50,214 bases of DNA. Source: Girardia tigrina (taxonomy: Eukaryota). The DNA lies in assembly GCA_001938485.1 (NCBI GenBank), contig MQRK01236650.1, forward strand, positions 1 to 50,214, in the 5' to 3' direction. The notes under the pieces were generated by a model. It saw only the letters and a list, made by a program, of their open reading frames with translations. It had not been told where the DNA came from and made no database searches. A program made the translations under genes and the position numbers. Shown piece after piece: positions 1 through 13,140 of this stretch (positions are counted from its first letter, which is position 1; each line of letters begins with the position of its first letter).

Positions 1-372
1 AATAATATTTTGTATTTCAAATTTGAAAATTATATTTCTAAAAATAAGAATAATATTTTGTATTTTAAATTTCAGAATTTTAATTCTGAAATAAAATAAT
101 ATTTTGTATTTTAAAATTTTGGAATTGTAATTCTAAAATAAAATAATATTTTGTATTTCAAATTTGAAAATTGTATTTCTAAAAATAAGAATAATATTTT
201 GTATTTTAAATTTCAGAATTTTAATTCTGAAATAGAATAATATTTTGTGTTTTAAAATTCAGAATTTTAATTCTAAAATAAAATGATATTTTGTATTTTA
301 AATTTGAGAATTGTAATTCTGAAATAAAATAATATTTTGTATTTTAATTTTGAGAATACTAATTCTACAATA
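1..372. repeat. AT-rich minisatellite, ~46-48 bp unit, about 8 copies, running off the window start
   Basis: Unit AATAATATTTTGTATTTYAAATTT... recurs every ~47 bp. Variants at 1-94 recur at ~142-235, suggesting a 3-unit higher-order period. Internal palindrome TTCAGAATTTTAATTCTGAA. Confidence 0.9.
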
Positions 373-1731
373 AAAAAAATAATAGTTCTAAATAATAAAA
401 ATAATAATTTCTAAAATTTCATTTTAATAAATGGCTTATCATTATTTATAATTCCATATTTTTATGTATAAGAAATCTGGTCAGAAAAAAAAGAAAACAA
501 AAGTTCCTCAAAAAATATTGTTTAAATAATTGTTATTTGTGTTATTAATAAATTTTTGGTGTTATGAATTCTAATATTGATCAAGAACCCAACAATGCTA
601 AAACGTGATTAAAAATATGTTTATGATGCATTTAAGGTCAATGACCTACTTAATTTTAATGCCTCGAATTCAGCACTTTAAAAATCTGTACGTACGACTG
701 TAAAATAATGCTTATTACAAAGGTTACACCATCTCTTAGAAAATCCAAAAAAACTAAGTTATACACCTAATAAATTCAAATTAGACAGTTTTCTTTGCTA
801 GATTAAATGATTGACCGAATGGTGTGTGCCTAGTATTCATGTTTCGATTTGCTCGCTCTGATTGTTTAACCAATCAGATCAGTTATAGTCACAAAGGATT
901 TCAAAAATCACTTTTTATCGAACGATTATTTTTTACAATTGCAAAATTTATCGAATTATTATTTTTTAACGATCTCAAATATAGGATTATTATTTGAGAT
1001 TATAAACTCACGATTGTTATTTTTACGAATTATTGTTTTACGAAAAAATTGACAATCACGAATAAAATTATTTAACAAATACGTTTTGCGATTTTGAGTT
1101 TATATTTTTAATAATTTTACGCTTTGAGTGTTTTGGATTACTGAAAGTTATTTCATTTGTGATCTTTGCTGAAACAAATTTACTGAAGTGATATGTGAAA
1201 TGTTTGTTGATTGAGAACATTTACATTTTATTAAAAGAAATAAACATTTTTTGAACCTTGTCGATTTCTGATTTTTGAAAACATTTTAGGAAAAATAATA
1301 GCTAAACAGACATAAAAGACTTTAAAATCAAAAAATGGGCCCAACACAACCAGAATACCTTTACACTCTGCAAATCTCTGGAGCAACCTAGACACTGCCG
1401 GTTTAAAGGTATTTTGTGCAATCAAATGTTTTTGTTAATATTTTTATTAATCATATTATCATAATGATTTAACTTAATAATGATTTAAATGACGTTCTTA
1501 CCTATTTTGTATGTATTTTATTAATTGATTTTATGGTAAATCAATTTTTTATTTTAATAACAGTGCTAAATGTAAATATTTTAAATAAAATATTTATGTT
1601 TGTCGAATTGACGTAATTTCCGAATTCGAATTTATTAAGTCGATGCATAAGTTTCTGACCTTTGATAAAAAGGGATATAATTCTTTAATTGTCCCCAAAA
1701 TTCACGTGGTTATTTTTTTATTATTCTGGAA

Positions 1732-2670
1732 ATGGATACCAATAAAAATTACATATGCCACTGTATATTATTTATGTTTAATCTTGGCAAAACTGCGTCG
1801 AAAGTGGAGGACGAAATTTACCAAGCATATGGCACAGGTTCTGTTCGCCTTACAACGATCAAAAAATGGTACACCAAGTAAAAGAAGGGCAAATTCAATC
1901 TGGAGGACCAGCGACAAAGTGGTAGACTGAAAGAAATGAAGGACGGTGAGCTTATGGTTCTCTTAGAAGAAGATGATGGAGAGTCAACCCTTGAATTGAC
2001 CAAGCGCGTCAACGCTAACCAGTCGACAGTCCTGTGGCGTCTGAAAGCTCTAGGAAAGGTGCAGAAAGCAGCAAGATGGGTCTCACATGCTGTCTTTCCC
2101 GAAACAAGGACAGTAGGATGAATATTACCATGGCTCATCTCACCTACCACTGAAGAAAATTGTTTTTATAGTGAATCGTCACTAAAGACGAGAAATGGGT
2201 GTATTAAGATAACTCAGAACGAAAGAGAGAATTTAGAGAGACGGTAGACCCCGGAACTCTCTAAATGTTAACCCCAAAACACAATATTCACGGAAAGAAG
2301 GTATTTCTGTGTATATAGTACGAAATGAAGGGCCTTCTTTATTATGAGCTGTTGGATTCCGGGCAAACGGTTACCGCACAACGCTATTGTGATCAGTGAG
2401 TTATGGAAAAATGTGAGTCATTGTAGATGCAAGGTCATACAGGTGCATGATAACGCTAAACCGCATGTTGCTTCGGCGACGAAAAATATGATTTTAGTGC
2501 TTGGATGGGTGGTTCTACCGCACTTGTCCTATTTACCCGACTTGGCTCCAACAGATTTTTATATATTTCGGTCTTTGCAACATTATCTCGTTATCTCGCT
2601 GAAAAACATTTCAAAACATGCAATGAAGTCAAGAAATGCATAGATGACTTCATTGATTCGAAAGATGAAG
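1732..2670 (+). pseudogene. Mariner (DD34D) transposase pseudogene
   Basis: Starts MDTNKNYICHCILFMF at 1732. Motifs WVSHAV (WVPHEL), IVTKDEKWVY, HDNAKPH and YLPDLAPTDFYIFRSLQHYL (YSPDLAPSD). Several stops and frameshifts. Confidence 0.95.
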
Positions 2671-3392
2671 ACCATAATGAAATTTTTGTATTACTAATGA
2701 CTTCCTTTTAATTCAATTTTATACCGAATAATTTAAATTTTTGACAAATGTAAATAAATTCTGAATCCCAGGGCCATGACTTCATTTTTCTGGGTTTAAA
2801 CCTTATTTACAATGCATCAGTTTTACCTCTCACAAAATTGTTTAAACAATCGGAATGAATTTTTTTATAATTATTTGGCATTGTCGGTTTTAATCGCTTT
2901 CGCACTGTTACAAGTGGAGTTTTTGGCATGTTCTGTACTACTTTCCCTTGATGTACGAGAAATTCACACTAATCACAACGATTATTGTTTCTTCAAGTCC
3001 TGATCATTGTCCACAATCAATTCATATCACCTGTAAATACAAAGTAAACTTTTTGTCAACTTCGAGGTTAAAATCTAAATAAAACTTGTTTCTTTCCTTT
3101 CTTGGAAGGATGTTAAAAATGTTTTGTCTCATCTTTGGTTTCCGAATTAATTTTTCAGTCTTTCAAGGTGTTACTTTAATATATACTGATTTTTTCGGTA
3201 GTACAGACAAAACAGTAAATTTTTTTATAGGCAATGAAGAGCACAGATAGAACGCAATTACTTAAGACATTGTGAACTAAACGTAACGTATTGTAATGTA
3301 TCATGTGTTCAATTTGTCACTTATGTTGTCTACTAAATTCACTCAATCAGAGTTCTGCTAAGATCAATGTTTAGATCATCAATCATGGTAGA

Positions 3393-4585
3393 TGATGGTG
3401 CAGGAGCGGGCGCAGCGATTTTGTGGCCGCAGCGCACCGGCAACGAGGAGCAAGCCTCTGGTCGGGGGGGTACATTTAAATGTTACTTTTACATTTTACA
3501 ACCCTGAAATGGCCGTCCTGAAAGGCGCTTAACTTCAATGATCTTGTCCCCCGCATAGCATCAGAAAATTCGTCATACTCGCTACAATTCTCATCGATTT
3601 TTGATGTTTGCCAAAAAACCACAGAAANNNNNNNNNNNNNNNNNNNNNNNNNNNNNNNNNNNNNNNNNNNNNNNNNNNNNNNNNNNNNNNNNNNNNNNNN
3701 NNNNNNNNNNNNNNNNNNNNNNNNNNNNNNNNNNNNNNNNNNNNNNNNNNNNNNNNNNNNNNNNNNNNNNNNNNNNNNNNNNNNNNNNNNNNNNNNNNNN
3801 NNNNNNNNNNNNNNNNNNNNNNNNNNNNNNNNNNNNNNNNNNNNNNNNNNNNTGACCGTCGATTAAACTTCCACCTTCGAGAAAATTACAAACGTTTTCG
3901 TCGCGTTTCGAGACCAATAAATACGTTTCTTTTAAATTCGATTGTTGTTCTTCTTCAGAATAATGTGTATAAAATTTTGTTATTCGTGGTTTGCCGTGAT
4001 TATTGAACACCAGATTTGCTTTAATCATGCTAAGAATGATAATAAAACGTTGGTTTGTTTTCTTGTCCAAAAAAAAATTAATTTCACACAATTATATTTT
4101 GATAATTTCCTTCAAATAAAAAAACTTGAAAAATGTCGGTTTTAAATTTTTTATTTTCCACGACAATTTTGCGCCAATCACCAAATCAAAATTGATTCGA
4201 ATAAACAATAAAAAAAATTTCACTGATTTCGACCAAAATTCACATCAATTAATATTAAAAAAAATAATTTCGACCAAATTTCACAAATAAAACATTTGAG
4301 TTCCAAACATTGATATTAAACAGACATCGGTGTCAAAACCCAATTTCCAGAATTCTTTTAGCAAATTTTCTATAGGTTTTAATGATGAAATTTTTGATTT
4401 TATAACCGAATACGAGAATCTGAGTACTGTATTGAAATTTCCAACAAAAATACCGGAAAGATTTTCAGTGTTAGTAAGAAAATTTTCAAGATTTTTTGAT
4501 TATAATTATGCGACAAACTCAAACAATTGAGAAATGTGTAAACTCGGAAAAATTTGAAATTCGTTAATGATTTTATCACAAAACA
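3393..4585. mobile_element. Insertion with TG...CA ends and 5-bp TSD GTAGA, carrying an AP-3 sigma gene fragment; contains an N-gap
   Basis: GTAGA at 3388-3392 and 4586-4590. The paralog near 13823 has one GTAGA and no insert. The insert begins TGATGG and ends AAAACA. Confidence 0.8.
3853..4028 (-). pseudogene. AP3S: AP-3 adaptor complex sigma subunit, 5' 58 codons, intronless, cut off by the N-gap; probably a captured or degenerate copy
   Basis: MIKANLVFNNHGKPRITKFYTHYSEEEQQSNLKETYLLVSKRDENVCNFLEGGSLIDG closely matches the conserved AP3 sigma N-terminus. It has non-conservative changes at conserved hydrophobic sites and lies inside a TSD-flanked insertion. Confidence 0.85.
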
Positions 4586-4776
4586 GTAGAGTGCATTCAA
4601 ATCCCTTAAATATGTAAGAATTGTTCATTTCAGTTCATGGTTTTCTTTCTATCATGTTATTTATGATTATAATTGTGTACATTATCAATGTAAAAAACAT
4701 CTCTGAGGGGCCTCAGCTTTATAGTCACCCTGATGGTAAGTACTAATACTCATGATTGTACCAAAATCTTAAACAA

Positions 4777-5014
4777 TCTTTTTCCCAAAAACCGTAATAT
4801 TATGGTTAGCATGATATGTTTGTTTATATTATCAGTTGGGCTATTGACTTTTGATAGTTGGTAAAAATTTTGCGGAATGTTTTGAATTGTTTGTATCTTT
4901 TTCCCAAAAACCGTAATATTATGGTTAGCATGATATGTTTGTTTATATTATCAGTTGAGCTATTGACTTTTGATAGTTGGTAAAAATTGTGCGCAAGGTT
5001 CTGAATTGTTTGTT
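4777..5014. repeat. Tandem duplication, 2 x ~119 bp
   Basis: TCTTTTTCCCAAAAACCGTAATATTATGG... occurs twice head to tail. The second copy runs into the LTR-like sequence at 4988. Confidence 0.9.
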
Positions 5015-5534
5015 GTTTTATAGTTTTCATGTTGTATGTTGATTCAGATTGTGTCTCTCCTACACAGATGGGTGATTGGTATTTTCTTAGATTCCTACTA
5101 ATTTAAACTAATTTATTTTAATCTTAAAGTTTAACATTTTTCAAATGTAATACTTAAATTTTCGAATGTAATATTTAATTTTAAATGTAATTTAAAAGTT
5201 ATATATATTATTTAATTGGTACTTTTTTTTAAATGTTTAGATTTGATTTTAACCAACTAGAAGTTTGATAATTAAATAATATTATAAATATTTTCTATTG
5301 TTTTCAAAAATTAGGATGAATTTCAGAAATATAATTATCAAAAAATGCCAAATAACGAAAGTAGTTCGAATAATTGTTTTAATAACACTTTGACTTTTGA
5401 TATTAATAAATGTTCGAAAAATCATATTGATGTTGTTAATACAAATAATAACTGTGGTATCTTCTGAGGCCTTTGAATTTTTTATAAAAAATACCCTCAA
5501 ATCAATGTTAATATTGATGTAGCTTAATCTTCAT
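4988..5534 (+). mobile_element. Ty3/gypsy LTR-like repeat (family A); 3' end approximate
   Basis: TGT start and shared core ATTGTGYCTCTCCTRCNCAGATGG, as in the LTR following the PPT at 42158. Extended similarity to 21917-22297. Confidence 0.7.
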
Positions 5535-6475
5535 ACGAACTGTAAATGGTTTGCATAAAAACATTACAATAGAACACATTTTCAATAATTCTGGTACATT
5601 AATGTTTTTTTCAATTACCAAAGAAAAACACTTAAATAATATATAAAAAAATAAAAAATAGTCACATTTTTTGTTAAAAATTAACTTACCTATTTTGTTG
5701 ATTATGCTTTCAAATTTTTTTTCGTTTCAATCGTCTTAATTAATTAGGATATATTAAAGCGAAATTTTTTAAATATGAAACAAAATCAAATAAGCTAGAT
5801 TACAAAGAAAACAACGCTTGTCTAAACAACGATATTTTTCTGCAGCAACCAGACCAACACTGGCCACGTACACGTTTAAGAGCGGTAATGTATATTCTTA
5901 TCATGTATGTCGGTGCTGTCAAATTTGGGGAGCAACAAATGTATTTAAAGAATGCTGGACTTAAAATAGATTATTTCCTGAAAATTGATTCAAGAAATAT
6001 AACTTATTTTAAAATAGTTTTAGGTCTGATATAAATAAGCTTCGAAAAATTAAATTTTTTCGTTAAGGTTAAAGATTGCAAAAAAACATAATCTAAAGTG
6101 CTTCATTTTTATAAACAAAGAATGTATTGTTTTTTTGTATAAGCTTCATAACACAAAATCCTAATTTCTTTATTCTGTATTTTTTATTCTTTTTAATCTA
6201 CTTTAGCTAAATTCTACTCTAAATACTTTTATGATAAAAGAAGCTTGAAACGAAAATCTTTTTTGAATTTCAAGAAATTTCAAATTTATAATAAAGTATT
6301 CATAAGAAAATATTCTTCAAATATTTTATACCAGCCATCACGAAAATAGATCCAATATTTGGTGTTATATTCCAGAATTGTCAAAATTGTTGTTATTAAC
6401 AATTATATTTTATTTTTTTCTGTTAAAAGATTTTTAAATTAAGAAATTTACTTTATTATTTTATTTAAGTCGATA

Positions 6476-6536
6476 TGGGTCGTAAAACGATTCGGACTAG
6501 GGAAGTGGGTCGCAACACAAAAATGTGACCACCACT
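6476..6536. mobile_element. Possible hAT (Charlie/Buster-like) terminal remnant
   Basis: Repeated TGGGTCG subterminal motifs followed by ...ACCACTG (CAGTGGT in reverse). No partner end found. Confidence 0.3.
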
Positions 6537-6714
6537 GTTAGAGTTAGTAAATATGAATATTTTGACGAAAGAACGTTTATCATCAAGTGACAAGAACATC
6601 AAGTTTCACATTAATTATTCAAATTTCGTATTATTGCATAAAAATGTTTTTTTAGAATTTTAAATAGATTTTAAACTAATTATGTTTACTATAAAGTTTA
6701 TTAATTTTTAATAT

Positions 6715-6787
6715 TTAACCGTCATCTTCTGAACAACGGATTTTTTCTTATATATTGTCGGTAACGAAAAGGCATATGAGGGGTTAA
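6715..6787. mobile_element. Possible tiny piggyBac-like MITE
   Basis: TTAA-CCGTCAT ... ATGAGGGG-TTAA: imperfect terminal inverted repeat bounded by TTAA. Confidence 0.3.
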
Positions 6788-7886
6788 TTTAAATTTGCAT
6801 TTCGTTAAAATAATTTACTATTTTTTTAATTTAAAAGTTAAAATATTTTTATGTTAAAATGCTTATTAAATATTTTAAAAAGTAAAAATGATATATCTTT
6901 AAAAAAATACTAATTTAAAAATAAAAAATGTTTTTTTAATGTATCGATTAAATATCTTTAAATTAAAAATAATAAGAAAACCATTAAAGATTAAATACTT
7001 ATTTACAAAAAAAATATTTTTACTGTCATAACAATTTATATATTTTAATAGAAGTCATAAAACAATTTTAAATAAATTTTAAAATAATTTTTGTTTTAAT
7101 GTAAAAAATTATTTATTAAATTTAAAGTTTAAAATTTGTTAAACTTTAAAAATTAAATCGAAAAGAATTTAATAGATTAATTGTGGCGAGATAATTGAAT
7201 TAACAAAAAATTTTGTTTAAATATGGGTATTATTGTTATAATAAATATTGTGGTGTTAAATTATGAGTTCTGAATTTGATAATAATGAAAGTGGCATAAA
7301 CGCTACTTACAAGGCAGTCATTACGCCATCAATAAATCAAATAGACCTCTCAAAAAACGTGCCCGGCACTCTTTAAAAAAACGCAATCATGCCTCATATA
7401 GTCTAAATGTTGTTGATCCTTGTATAAATACAATAATCTTTCAACTGTAGGTACATTTTGACGAATGATCAAATTTATTGTTTTCATAAAAAAATGTTAA
7501 AATCAGTTTACAAATGAGATTTTAAAACTCATTTTGTAATAAAAATCTAAAAACACATCAAGCTTTTTTTAATCAACTTTATTTTATTTTAATTTTATTT
7601 TTCTTGGTATAGAAATGCTGGTTTTATTTCAATATCAAAAAGAGATAAATTTTAACAAATAAAATAATAAAGATTATAAATAATACAATAAGAAAAAAAG
7701 TTACTCTGTTTCTTAATTGAATCTTCAATTAAATTTTTCATTTCTTAAATATATTTAACATAAATTTATTTAATATTTTAAGTGTTATCGTAAAATAAAA
7801 TTGATTTATAGAAGTAATGAAAAAATCAAATATGAATATTTATAAATATTTTTATCTATATCGGTTTAAGATTTATAAAAAAATAG

Positions 7887-7994
7887 TTTCTCAAAAAATT
7901 TGTTTAAATATTAGATTGAAACATTTTTTGTGGTATAATAAAAATTTTAATCTCTGCTACTAATAACTCCGACGATGTTCCAAAAACCACTAAT
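7887..7994 (+). mobile_element. 3' part of a 5' LTR preceding gag; related copies at ~503-600, ~11591-11700 and ~15805-15922
   Basis: Shared GTTYCTCRAAAA...TTGTTT motif. This copy is followed immediately by TGGCGGCC (PBS-like TGG) and the gag ORF. Confidence 0.55.
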
Positions 7995-9027
7995 ATGGCG
8001 GCCTTTGCCACAAACTCTGACCAATTAATCTCCAAATTGATTCTGGAGCATTTTAAACGGGATGACGATGTCGAAGTATTTATTACGAGTTATTATAGAT
8101 ATTTTAAAGCAGCAGGAGTATCCGATAATTTAAAAGAGCCTATTGGTGGTAACTTTGCTTTCGAGGGAGTTAATCCCGGTATACGAAAACACGAGATCTT
8201 CAGAAAGAGGTTTTGAGAACAGGTTACGAGAAGCGTTTCAAAAAAAGATATCAAATGGATGTTCTTAGAGAAGCCGTAGAATTTCAAAGAAAAACGAAGA
8301 CGACATCAGAATTTTTTGCTAAAGCGAGGAAGATGGCTGAATCGACAGTATCGTTTCAATGGACAGTCAAAGAAGTGGAAAAATGCCTGTTATTAAATTG
8401 TAAAAACGATAACGAAACAAAGAAAGAAATAAAAATGAAGGATATGCAAGAAAAAGAAGAGATAAAGAAAATTATTAAAAAGATGGATGAAGTCAAGTCA
8501 GAAATAAAACAGGTCAATGCCATAAGACCATCTTATGCCAGTGCTGTACATCGTAACAAGCTAGTAAACAGTAGATTTCCGGTGAGAAATGGACCAAATA
8601 GAGAACAGAAAACCTGCTGGAATTGTAATGAAGTAGGCCATATGAGAGCCCAATGCCAGAAGAAGCACGAAGGGACATGTTTTGGATGCGGTCAAAAAGG
8701 CCGCATGAGTCGCGTATGTCATCTACAATGCAAAAGATGTCAAAAACCAGGCCATAGAGCGGATGAATGTTATACAAAATTCGAGATAACGTCTCCAGAT
8801 TTAACAATAATGAAAAATCGGATGGAAGAACATGGGGACAAAAACAGTTTCCACGAAATGACAGGCAACCAAGAACGAACGGAAGATCAAATCAGTATTC
8901 GAATGACTACTACCGAGGTATAGCGAGAGGACGAGAACTGTCTGCACTAGAAAAAGAAGACAAAGATTTCTTGGAAAAAAACGAAGACAGCCAAATCAAC
9001 GAGGAACCGATTTTGGCGATGGAGTAA
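7995..9027 (+). pseudogene. Ty3/gypsy gag with three CCHC-type zinc knuckles, frameshifted
   Basis: ORFs 7995-8216, 8213-8923 and 8767-9027. Knuckles CWNCNEVGHMRAQC, CFGCGQKGRMSRVC (H to R) and CKRCQKPGHRADEC. Confidence 0.9.
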
Positions 9028-10727
9028 GTTTTGTAAATCTTAAACCGAACCGTATAAGTAGTATATATGATTATTATAGTAAAAGTATGTGTAGTGGTGG
9101 AGCTGGAGTCTTAGCTGTTATCTTAGACAGAAAACTATACCACTAACAATAAAAGATAAAAGGAAATAATGTTTGGGAACTGGGTATTTATTTAAAATAT
9201 GAAGAGTGAATGAATTTGGTAGGTTAAATAGTTAAGGGTTATCTGATTGTGATCACCGCAAATAAAGAACTAAATAATCAATAAAAAAATATTAATTATT
9301 TTATATTAACTAAGTTTATTGCACAAGAACAATATATAAGTACTAGAAAACTAAATAATCAACGATTTAGGTAGTCTAAATAAATTTTGTGATAAATGTC
9401 TATGCTTAGGATATAATTTGATGAGGAATATATTTTTTTAGATTATAATTGATCTTCGGCTATCTTTATTCACGAAATTTAGGAAATAAAATTATATACG
9501 AATTGTACTAGTAACTTGGTATAGGAAATTGAATATATCAAAATTATTGAGTTGGTAACAGATATAAATCGAATAGTTATCTTCAAATATCCCATCGACA
9601 ATTGTAGTTAAAATATAAAAGAATTTTACCTGATACTGGGTTTGTTTGATTTTACGAACAACTATGAATTATAATATTAGAACTGGAAACAAAATAGAGC
9701 TCATAGCTTCATCATATATAATGTCGCATTTATTCATTGATTTTTTTATTTGTAATTTGTTTTTAGATATCGTGGTACTTAATATGATATCATTATAAAT
9801 TTTCTATTTTTGTTATTTTTCCAAAAATGATTGCCAACATGTGATATTCGATATAAAATTTGAAATTTTGTGGCTACAGAATTTTTTTCATTTCATAACG
9901 AATTTTATCTTCAAAAAACTTTTAGCAAATGATAAATCTTGAACATTTAGATTTTCTAAAAATGACGTATTGCTTATGGACCAGATATATAAAATTTTTC
10001 ATTACGAAAAATTCCATTTGCTAACTAAAAATTAATTCTTCGTTAAAACGGAAATATATTTCAATACCAAAAAATGTTTTGTTTGAATATTCATTAATTA
10101 CATAATTCAGACTAATTCCGAGGTATTCAAACTGCCCAAATGCAAGCATATAGTTTTCCACAAATGTTCATGTCAATATATTGCTAATAATGTGAGACAC
10201 AAGATTAAATGCCCCATAACTAATTGTTCACAATATATTTAGGATAAAATTATAAAAAAAATATTTGTAAATACTCAAATAGATTTTTATGAATAGTCAT
10301 CAATATTAGCAGTTTCAAGTACCGTTTGAAAACGTTTGACTAATGGATGCCCGAATATTGTTCTTATTGAAAATAGAAATTCTGTATTTCCTTGTTACTA
10401 TTACGATCAACCAAATAAAAGTTAAACGCCTCGAATCAAATGAAAGCCAATTTCAAAATTGTCAATGTATTCCTAATCCAGAAGCTTTTGATTGTCCTAT
10501 ATGTAAGGGTTTTATTTAGCCGAGAGAAGGCATAATAATGAGAAATTCAAATAATCATAAATAATTTATCTGATATCGATTTTTTTATTTATATATAATT
10601 TATTCGATATCGATTATATTTTCCTTCAACTGAAGCATCACAGTATGTATAAAAGTAATAATGATATAAAAAATAATAAAAATATAAAAATAAATAATAA
10701 ACTTATAAAAAATTTAAATAATGACAT

Positions 10728-11169
10728 TATGAAAGAAAAGAAAGAAGAAGCAGTAAAGAGAGAGGTAGACACACAGGATGAATATGAAATAGACGAAAAA
10801 GGATCGACGAAGAGTAAATCTAGAGAAGAAAGTATTTACGAAAACCTCCAACTAACGGAGAAAACAGTACGATGGATGAAGAGTTCATCAATAGAGACAC
10901 AAACAGGTGATGCAAAGATGATTATGGCGTTGGAAGATAAACAGGGGAAAATTTCGTATGACAGACTNNNNNNNNNNNNNNNNNNNNNNNNNNNNNNNNN
11001 NNNNNNNNNNNNNNNNNNNNNNNNNNNNNNNNNNNNNNNNNNNAATGTGATAACAGCAGAATTAGCAAGACATTTCAAGACAGCAACGATTAACAGCACT
11101 AATCAAAGACTGACAGCAGCAAACGGCGCACAGATGAATGTCGTGGGAGAGTTGGAAGTTATATTATAA
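10728..11169 (+). pseudogene. Ty3/gypsy gag-protease junction and retropepsin-like protease fragment
   Basis: NVITAELARHF...LTAANGAQMNVVGELEV resembles the retropepsin flap region. The catalytic DTG would fall in the N-gap 10968-11042. Confidence 0.7.
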
Positions 11170-12208
11170 ATAAAACAATTAAATCGACTTAAATGAAAAA
11201 TGCGATTTGAATTTTGTTTTGGAAAAAATAATTATTAATGGAAATATAATTTTATTTCTGTAAAAAGGGGTGATTTAAAAGTTGTTAAATTAATTTTGGA
11301 TTTTAAGTTCTATTTTCAAAATATTATTTTAATAAATCTATCATGAAAATGAAATGGAAAATGCTATTTTATAGAATTGAGAAATTTAATTGAGAAACAA
11401 GTAAATTTGAATGTTCAATAAAATTGAAAATTAATAAAAGACGCAACAAAATCTTTGTGACAAAATTTTAATTCACTATAATTTTTTATGAAAAAAAAAT
11501 TTTTGAATTTTAATTCGTAAAGCAATATAATAACCATATTTATATATCAATTCTTATTTATACTGGTTTGTGTAAAAAGAAAGTGCAAAAGTTCCTCAAA
11601 AAAATATATTTGTTTAATAAAACTCAAATTGTGGTAGAAATAAAGTTTTGTGTTAATGATAATGTCTGTTGATCAAAAACCCAATAATAATATTTCATCG
11701 ATGTTGAAAAATTACCAGAAAAAATAAATATTGCATAATTTGTTATATTTTTCTTTATTTTGTCAAGTTATTAAAAAATAATTTAAGCCAAATAGACATT
11801 AGCCATTTTTGACTTATCCTAAAATAGCAGAAGGTAAATGAGGCATTAAGATTTTTGTACATAAAGACTCTAATAATATTTCAATATTATTTTTATAAAT
11901 ACATGATTTATTATTTGTTATTTATTTTTGCAAATAAAATAAAATACCTTGATTGGAGGATTCCTTTGCCCCATCCTCTGAAAAATATTCTTAATTAATA
12001 TATTATCCAACATTATACATTTTTGTTTATTACTTTTGATAAAGTTATAATAAAATAAAAGAAGAAGTAATAAATATTTATATACTTGATATGTAGCAAA
12101 AGTCTAAGGTTTTTATTCCATAAGTCAGAAATAACTTTCTTTAAACAACATATCGTTTATTTATATATCACATATACCTCACGATATGACGCCGCTGCTT
12201 TACAAATA

Positions 12209-12304
12209 CAGGTTCCCAATCCCGGCATTTTTCCAATCCCAAGATTTCGGGACCCATCTCGAACCTAATATCTGGATCAAGGGGTCCCGGAATTGCAAAA
12301 CATG
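12209..12304. mobile_element. Small MITE-like remnant with AATCCC/GGGA motifs
   Basis: CAGGTTCCCAATCCCGG ... CCCGGAATTGCAAAACATG form imperfect inverted ends. A similar motif occurs near 31105-31147. Confidence 0.35.
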
Positions 12305-13140
12305 TTATAATGTAATCATGTTTTTCATTAACTAAAATGCTTTTTCATAAACTAAAATCATTTTTTTTCAAATGTTAGATTTTAAAATACCATAATGAAA
12401 TTATTGTATTATTGTTGGGTATTACAAATCTTTAACTTTAAATATTATTTTTTAAATATAAATCTTTATATTTTAAACTGAAATCTTTAATCTTTAATCT
12501 TTAAATCTGACTCCAATTAATCAGAAAGGACTTCCAACATAAATATATGAATAATGAACACAAAATTCTTTTTCCAAATACTATATTTTTCAATAACACA
12601 AAATAGCACACAGCTTTATATTGTTCAATTCAATAGTATCAATAGACGTATTCACAAACGGATATTCGATGCGAGTTTATCAGATCACAGCTTGTTTATT
12701 TTCAAATTCTAAACCTTCTAAACTCACGATAACCGTAATCAACTGAAAGTTATAATGATCTACTTCTCCTATACAGGATACTATCGATCAGTACTTTCAA
12801 TAGAGGAATATTAATCGAATAAATAAAATAAAAATAAATAAAATAAAAAAAATAAAATACACTTTACGATTCTTACTTCTTGTAGTTTTAGATTAGAAAT
12901 TTTTTTGGGAAAACTAAACTAAATTTGCTGCTGTTTATATAGTGGTTTTCGTCAGCCTTTAAAATTGATAGAATAAAACAAAGACTAAAATATTTTTAAT
13001 TTTCAATTCCAAATTTTGATAAACTAAATATTATTTTGTTTTAAATTAATAATTTTGCCAAAAGAATTATTTAAAATTTTTTAACATAAAATTTTATCAA
13101 AAGTGTTTATAAGTATTTTCGAAACCCTAACATTATTATA

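Larger units (their letters stand above)
2699..4755 (+). repeat. Copy 1 of an ~850 bp duplicated segment (2699-3392 plus 4591-4755), interrupted by an insertion
   Basis: Colinear and highly similar to 13141-13992, which is uninterrupted. Confidence 0.95.

Noticed and set aside
1-372. CRISPR-like array
   Set aside because: Units are contiguous with no unique spacers, there are no cas genes, and the context is eukaryotic.
1818-2150. Antisense or alternate-frame ORFs over TEs and genes (also 8514-8807, 35133-35354, 40347-40607, 49089-49301, 49988-50209)
   Set aside because: Shadows of the real reading frames with no independent motifs.
1732-2670. Stop-codon reassignment explaining in-frame stops in TE ORFs
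   Set aside because: The stops co-occur with frameshifts, and intact ORFs read and terminate normally in the standard code.
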